Part shown: piece after piece, positions 34,535 to 39,683 of the stretch | How the letters are laid out: the number at the start of each line of letters is the position of its first letter | Position numbering within the stretch: the first letter of the stretch is position 1 | Source: Candidatus Woesearchaeota archaeon | GTDB taxonomy: Archaea; Nanobdellota; Nanobdellia; Woesearchaeales; 21-14-0-10-32-9 | Length of the DNA: 39,683 bases | Direction: 5' to 3' | Assembly (NCBI GenBank): GCA_007117755.1 | Contig: SKFY01000039.1 | Span: 1 to 39,683, forward strand | Translations under genes and position numbers: made by a program | Notes under the pieces: generated by a model | What the model saw: only the letters and a program-made list of their open reading frames with translations | What the model was told of the DNA's origin: nothing | Databases searched by the model: none

Positions 34535-36475
34535 ATGAAAGAATTCAGAGGATTAAAACTAGACAGATTCCAAAAAGAAGCAATAAAAAGCATAGAAAAC
34601 AACCACAGCGTAGTCGTAAGCGCCGCGACAGGAACAGGAAAAACACTCATCGCAGACTATGTTATTGACAAATACATAAAACAAGGTAAACAAATAGTCT
34701 ACACAGCACCCATCAAAGCATTATCCAATCAAAAATATTCCGACTTCAAAAAACAATACGGAGAAGAAAAAGTAGGTATATTAACAGGAGACGTCACTAT
34801 AAATTCAGAAGCACCACTCCGAATTATGACAACAGAAATTTACAGAAACATGTTACTAGCCAAAGACCCAGCTATTAAAGACGTAGCATACACAATTTTT
34901 GACGAAATACATTACCTCGGAGACATAGAAAGAGGCACAGTCTGGGAAGAAAGCCTTATTTTTAGCGACGACCACATACGTTTTCTTTGTTTAAGCGCAA
35001 CCATCCCTAACGCTAAACAATTAGCTAATTGGATAAGCCACATTAAAAATCACGAAGTAGACGTAGTTCTTGAAAAAAAGAGAGCAGTACCTCTAGAAAA
35101 TCATTTTTACGACATAGAATACGGCTTTAAATCCATAGAAGAACTGAAGAAACTTAAAAAAAGTGATAAGAGAGGTATGAGACACGTCGCTAGACACGAT
35201 AAAAAAAGGATGATAAAAAACCTTCAAAACCTAAAAAATAACGCTCATTTAGACTTGGTAAGTGATTTGAAAAAACAAAATAAGTTACCAAGCATTTATT
35301 TCTGTTTCTCAAGAGAACAAACTATGAGGAAAGCAAATAGCTTAACTGTTAAAAATGATTTTTTAAACAATGAAGAAAGCATTAAAGTTAAAAGTATCGT
35401 AAGAGAAAAATTAGGAAACGCAGATAAATCCGTACTAGACCTGGAAACAACAAAAAACCTTAGATTATGCTTATCAAAAGGAGTTGCATTCCACCACGCA
35501 GGACTATTACCCATTTTAAAAGAGATAGTGGAGATCTTATTTTCCCAAGGATTAGTTAAGTGCATGTTCGCAACAGAGACCTTCGCAGTAGGAATTAATA
35601 TGCCCGCCAAAACCGTTTGTTTCGATTCCCTAGAGAAGTACGACGGCATAAATTTCAGATATTTACAAAGTAAAGAATTTTTCCAATTAGCAGGAAGAGC
35701 AGGAAGAAGAGGTATAGATGACAAAGGCTACGTAATATCCGTTTTAGAAAAGAACATGACAGATCTTGATAAAGTAGATTACATAACTAGTGAAGATCGC
35801 GATCCTTTAAAAAGCCAATTCAGACTTTCTTACAACACAATTCTTAATCTTATACATAGACATACACCAAAAGAACAAGAAACGATTCTCATGAGTAATT
35901 TTTATGCTTACCAACAAACAGGAAGAAAAAGCGCGAAGAGAATAATGAGTAGTTTCGCCAATAAAAAAAAGAAGCTTAAGAAAGAAAATTATATCCTAGA
36001 AAAACAAAACAAAGAGGAATTAACCGATAAAGGCTTATTCGGCATGAAAATATATACTGAAGAGTTATTAGTTAGTGAGATTTTCTGCAGTAAAGAAAAA
36101 TATTCACCTGAAGAAATACTAGTGATCATAGGCAGTATTGTTTATGAAGAGAAAAAAAATACGAAATTCGAAATAAAACAAAGACATATATCAGACAATG
36201 TTATGAGGAAGTTGAATAGTAGAGCAAGAAATTATTTTAAAAACACGCCTTTATTCGTATTAGAACATTTCTTAATAAAATGGTATAAAGGCTGTGATTT
36301 TTCAGATTTGCTAGAACTCACAACTATGCCAGAAGGAGATATTGTTCGTTTCATAAGACAAATACTTGATTTGTTACAGCAGATCTGGAGAGCTAGTGAC
36401 GATGAAGATTTGAAACACAAAATTGATTTTATCAAAGATAAGATAGACCGAGACGTTATAAGCGTTAGGTTTTAA
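34535..36475 (+). CDS. Ski2/Mtr4/HelY-like DExH RNA helicase (archless, with a DSHCT-like C-terminus)
   Basis: LD.FQ, TGTGKT, PIKALSNQKY, TTEIYRNML, DEIH..RGTVWEE, LSAT, FATETFA.GINMPA, AGRAGRRGID, EGDIVR..RQ..DLL.QI. Confidence 0.92.
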   Translation: MKEFRGLKLDRFQKEAIKSIENNHSVVVSAATGTGKTLIADYVIDKYIKQGKQIVYTAPIKALSNQKYSDFKKQYGEEKVGILTGDVTINSEAPLRIMTTEIYRNMLLAKDPAIKDVAYTIFDEIHYLGDIERGTVWEESLIFSDDHIRFLCLSATIPNAKQLANWISHIKNHEVDVVLEKKRAVPLENHFYDIEYGFKSIEELKKLKKSDKRGMRHVARHDKKRMIKNLQNLKNNAHLDLVSDLKKQNKLPSIYFCFSREQTMRKANSLTVKNDFLNNEESIKVKSIVREKLGNADKSVLDLETTKNLRLCLSKGVAFHHAGLLPILKEIVEILFSQGLVKCMFATETFAVGINMPAKTVCFDSLEKYDGINFRYLQSKEFFQLAGRAGRRGIDDKGYVISVLEKNMTDLDKVDYITSEDRDPLKSQFRLSYNTILNLIHRHTPKEQETILMSNFYAYQQTGRKSAKRIMSSFANKKKKLKKENYILEKQNKEELTDKGLFGMKIYTEELLVSEIFCSKEKYSPEEILVIIGSIVYEEKKNTKFEIKQRHISDNVMRKLNSRARNYFKNTPLFVLEHFLIKWYKGCDFSDLLELTTMPEGDIVRFIRQILDLLQQIWRASDDEDLKHKIDFIKDKIDRDVISVRF

Positions 36476-36514
36476 GACATAATTATTTAAATCAGATAAG
36501 ACTTCTTTTTAAGC

Positions 36515-36934
36515 ATGAAATACTTCGTAATCACAATCTTAATAGGTGTTTTAATAATAATTGGTTTTTACTCCAATGGCATAACAGGAGCTGTTACTTA
36601 TAAAGAACCCGTACATGAACATATAAGCCTGGAAGAATTTGAAAAATTATTAGAACAAGACAAAGACGTCGTATTGCTAGATATTAGAACCTTGGAAGAA
36701 TATTCTAACGGTATAATAAAAGGAGCAGAGAATATAGATTTTTATAGTACTCAATTTAGACAAAACCTGAATTTCTTGGATAAAACTAAAACCTACCTTA
36801 TTTATTGTAGAACAGGAAGCAGAACTTCAGAAGCCATAAATATTATGGAAAACCTCGGATTTATTGAAGTTTACGGCTTAGAAGGAGGAATACTAAACTG
36901 GGCCAGTCAAGGAAAAACCATAACCACACCTTAA
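36515..36934 (+). CDS. Membrane-anchored or secreted rhodanese-domain protein
   Basis: N-terminal TM plus ITGAV; LLDIRT..EY..G.I.GA.NI, active loop YCRTGSR, LEGGI..W. Confidence 0.9.
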   Translation: MKYFVITILIGVLIIIGFYSNGITGAVTYKEPVHEHISLEEFEKLLEQDKDVVLLDIRTLEEYSNGIIKGAENIDFYSTQFRQNLNFLDKTKTYLIYCRTGSRTSEAINIMENLGFIEVYGLEGGILNWASQGKTITTP

Positions 36935-36952
36935 AAAAAAAAGCTTTTTTTT
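36933..36952. terminator. Probable bidirectional T-tract terminator
   Basis: A10-GC-T8 palindrome between the convergent rhodanese and PRC-barrel genes. Confidence 0.45.
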
Positions 36953-37014
36953 AGAAAAAGATAAAATAAGAAAAAAAAATAAATAAATTAATTAATTTTG
37001 GTTAAGCAATAGTT

Positions 37015-37278
37015 TTAGATTATGTCTTCTTCAGCGACTACTAAGAAATCACCCATGGCAATAACCGCACTGAAAGGTATTAGTAAATCCCCTGTTTTAG
37101 ACTTTTCCAATTCTAATTTTTTAGAGTAAGAAGTAGGATTTCCTAGTATTATATGTATTAACTCGCCAGAATTAGTCTCAAATACCAAATCCCCAACGTC
37201 TCCAAAAGTCTTACCAGTTTTAGAAACTACTGTCTTTCCTATTAATTGTTTTGAATATTTTTTTTCTTCATCAGCCAT
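37015..37278 (-). CDS. PRC-barrel domain protein (CdpB-like)
   Basis: SKQLIGKTVV..TG..FG.V.DLVFE..SGEL..I..IPFSAV.A.GDFLVV. Confidence 0.88.
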   Translation of the reverse strand: MADEEKKYSKQLIGKTVVSKTGKTFGDVGDLVFETNSGELIHIILGNPTSYSKKLELEKSKTGDLLIPFSAVIAMGDFLVVAEEDII

Positions 37279-37374
37279 TATAATAACCCCTCGAATATTA
37301 AATTAATAGTAGGAATTAGTATGCTTTAATATATAAAGATTTTGTTTTAAAAAAAAGAAAAAAAAAAGGAGTTT

Positions 37375-38052
37375 TTAACTCCAACCACTTATGAAAAGCT
37401 CATGTACATCAGGACACGCTGTTTCCAAACCATTTACAACGTCTGATAAAACCTCAGGGTTTTGAGCTGGGATCATTTCAGCTTCAGCCATATTTGCGAA
37501 TCCGTAAGTTCTTGCCATTTCATCCGCTTCAGCTCCTTCAAGAATGCTTATTCCCGGGTCGCAAGTCATGTGTACGTTCATCTGAACATACCTGTCATAA
37601 GCAGATGCTGTAAGATCTATCTCTGCAGGAGTATAATCTCCTAAATCAATTGTTTCTGTCATGCCTTCGCCCATACCTGTTACCCAGTCAATGTATTCAG
37701 GACAATTTTCCGTTAATAACTCCAAGTATTCTTCAGAATCTTGAATGCCTTGGTATTTTTCTCCTTCTAACTCTGCTTCTCGCATATTAGCATAACCATA
37801 CCTTTGTGCGAATGCATCTAATTCATGATCCTCCATGAACGCCATGTCTTCTTCACCATAAACTAGACATGTTAAATCGGCTGAGAATCTTAGATAATTA
37901 TCGCGGTCTGACGAAGCGACAGTCTCTGTCTCGACAGGTTCGTAATCTTCTAAAACTTCCTCTCCTTGTAATTCTTGATCTGATACTTCACTTGCGCAAC
38001 CAGTAACTATTAGCATTACTAATGCGATTAATAAATAATTTCTAACTTTCAT
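37375..38052 (-). CDS. Acidic predicted lipoprotein with an internal duplication
   Basis: ATG 38052 after GAGGTG; lipobox IVTGC; two copies of D.Y......TC..A..YG[YF]ANM.EAE..CP[ED]. Confidence 0.7.
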   Translation of the reverse strand: MKVRNYLLIALVMLIVTGCASEVSDQELQGEEVLEDYEPVETETVASSDRDNYLRFSADLTCLVYGEEDMAFMEDHELDAFAQRYGYANMREAELEGEKYQGIQDSEEYLELLTENCPEYIDWVTGMGEGMTETIDLGDYTPAEIDLTASAYDRYVQMNVHMTCDPGISILEGAEADEMARTYGFANMAEAEMIPAQNPEVLSDVVNGLETACPDVHELFISGWS

Positions 38053-39682
38053 TATTAACACCTCTGCTTCTTTTCAAATACTCTCTTCCTGCAAAGAAAA
38101 CAACTCCTAAGATCACCAGGATTATTATCGTCCAAAGCAACCAATTAGAACTTCTTTCTTCTTCCTCTAACTCTTCTGTTTCATCAACAATTTCTTCCTC
38201 TTCCACTACTTCTATTATGAAAAGTTCAACTTTTTCATCAAATATATTAACGATTTCTATTAATACATCGTTGTTTCCATCATTGTTAATATCTAATTTC
38301 CAAGTATCTCCTTTAGCTAATGTCTTATTTTGAGGGTTTAAAGCCAAAGTTACTGTAGCGTTTTCTTCACTAATATTTTGAATAGTTATGGAATAATTTT
38401 GACCGCTTAGATTAATAATTAATTCTTGTTCTTTTGTTAAATTTATAAAAACACCTTCTTTTAAATCATCCAATATAATTTGTTGATACTTTACTAAATC
38501 ATCTTCTTCCTCAACTTGTCGTGATCTTCTTCTACTGAGTGGAAGTAAGGTTTCTTCTTCCTCCACTTCAGGCTCTACATAAATCAACCAGACATATTCA
38601 TCAATATTTTCCTGCCATGCTAATAGAGGATAACCATTATTTAATTCCAAATTTATTGAAGTTATATTCCATTCTGGCAGGTATGAATTAATGTTTTTCA
38701 TTTCTTCTGTTGTGAGTCCTATTCCATCACCACTAGAAGCATGCCCTGAATCATCTATATCCCAATAACTATTTTCAACCTGACCAGTTATTCCACTTAT
38801 TCCTGAAAACCCTCCGCTATTTGTTCCCGTGGCATTGGAGTTCGTCCAACTGTTATTAATTCTGGCTGGAGAGTCACCTATTCCTCCTATAAATCCTCCT
38901 GCTTGCTCATTATTTGCATGTACTTTAACATCTATAGAATAACTATTTCTTATTTCTCCTACAATAGCTGAAAGAGTAGTCATACTTCCAATTACTCCTC
39001 CAACCCTGTACTCTCCTGTTACTTCCCCTCCAATTACTCCAACTTCTTGAACCAAACCATTCCTTCTTATAGAGCCAGATATTGTTCCTACTCTTTCATC
39101 TCCTGTTATGTTAGGTTGTATTAAAATAAAAGAGTTAACTCCCGCGCCTGTACTATCTGTTATATCTCCAAATAGTCCAACAGCTGTTTGGGAAGGTCTG
39201 TTTATGTATAGATAGCTGATGGTTTTGTTATTTCCTGAAAATTCGCCTGTATAAGCATTATTTAATTCTCCTATTGGCTCAAATCCAGCTCCTTCATTCC
39301 AGTTCTGAGTGTAACTGGCATTAATATCATTGATTAAAACATAATCAGCTGATAAGTCATCCTGCATACACTGCAAGTCATGAACGTTGCTTATTTCATA
39401 CGGCTCGCTATGTCCGCTCCACCAATTATTACAATCTGGTGAGTTCGAAAAGTTTTCCACATGTAAAGTTCTTAATTCGGTAAAATTTTCAGTACCAAAA
39501 CTATCGTTCACATAAGCATAATATTCATAAGTTCCAATTGAAAGGTTTTCTTTATTTACTAAGAATTGCCATCTATCCAAATCTATCTTTTTTAGGTTTG
39601 AAACATAAACTTTTTGAATTTCCTCCTCAGCTAGAGCTCTGTTCCAAATACGCAGTTCATCTACACTTCCATCCGATAAAGG
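38042..39682 (-). CDS. Large cell-surface protein, 5' truncated by the window (LamG-like end, GLUG-type repeats, C-terminal TM anchor)
   Basis: Frame is open to the window edge: GSVDELRIWNRAL.EEEI (LamG); GFEPIG..GLFG..VGG.IG repeats; acidic stalk, TM and basic tail. Confidence 0.8.
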   Translation of the reverse strand, partial: PLSDGSVDELRIWNRALAEEEIQKVYVSNLKKIDLDRWQFLVNKENLSIGTYEYYAYVNDSFGTENFTELRTLHVENFSNSPDCNNWWSGHSEPYEISNVHDLQCMQDDLSADYVLINDINASYTQNWNEGAGFEPIGELNNAYTGEFSGNNKTISYLYINRPSQTAVGLFGDITDSTGAGVNSFILIQPNITGDERVGTISGSIRRNGLVQEVGVIGGEVTGEYRVGGVIGSMTTLSAIVGEIRNSYSIDVKVHANNEQAGGFIGGIGDSPARINNSWTNSNATGTNSGGFSGISGITGQVENSYWDIDDSGHASSGDGIGLTTEEMKNINSYLPEWNITSINLELNNGYPLLAWQENIDEYVWLIYVEPEVEEEETLLPLSRRRSRQVEEEDDLVKYQQIILDDLKEGVFINLTKEQELIINLSGQNYSITIQNISEENATVTLALNPQNKTLAKGDTWKLDINNDGNNDVLIEIVNIFDEKVELFIIEVVEEEEIVDETEELEEEERSSNWLLWTIIILVILGVVFFAGREYLKRSRGVNNES

Positions 39683-39683
39683 A

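Noticed and set aside
420..37644. Short antisense or alternate-frame ORFs in the track (e.g. 420-617, 4994-5374, 10467-10793, 23769-24101, 35296-35724)
   Set aside because: They are shadows of well-supported genes and have no motifs
1..39683. CRISPR array, rRNA, inteins or genetic-code reassignment
   Set aside because: No regularly spaced repeats or rRNA-like tracts were seen; RFC, Top6 and the helicases have no insertions; TAA, TAG and TGA all end conserved genes normally

Overview
This is an AT-rich, gene-dense archaeal chromosomal segment, most consistent with a DPANN lineage such as Woesearchaeota. The evidence is GatE, Top6A/B, RFC, NMD3, aEF-1beta, an intron-containing tRNA, TATA/BRE promoters about 24 nt before leaderless starts, bacterial-type rpe with split transketolase, and KKGQ/ITGAV-type secreted proteins. 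Housekeeping content includes gatE, PHP, nmd3, a signal peptidase, an oapABC-like trio, trm1, ef1b, an unannotated DUF1610 zinc ribbon, gdh, tdk, truD, SSB, rpe/tkt, glyS, rio1-KH, top6BA, rfcS and a PRC-barrel gene. There are four tRNAs (Arg-CCU with intron, Pro-GGG, Ile-GAU, Phe-GAA) and two toxin-antitoxin modules. The main candidates for undescribed systems are: (1) a five-gene cell-surface locus (26151-32232) with one class-III-signal protein and four paralogous proteins sharing two predicted beta-sandwich domains, three of them lipoproteins; (2) a processive GT2 synthase between two paralogous membrane-anchored thioredoxin-like proteins, coupled to a GtrABC-like module (14674-19969); and (3) a Hel308 lacking its whole first RecA domain, directly behind a thymidine kinase. 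Several enzymes are cleanly trimmed (GatE without its AspRS-like insertion; Trm1, NMD3 and DUF1610 missing zinc sites). All calls come from reading motifs by eye; no database searches were run.
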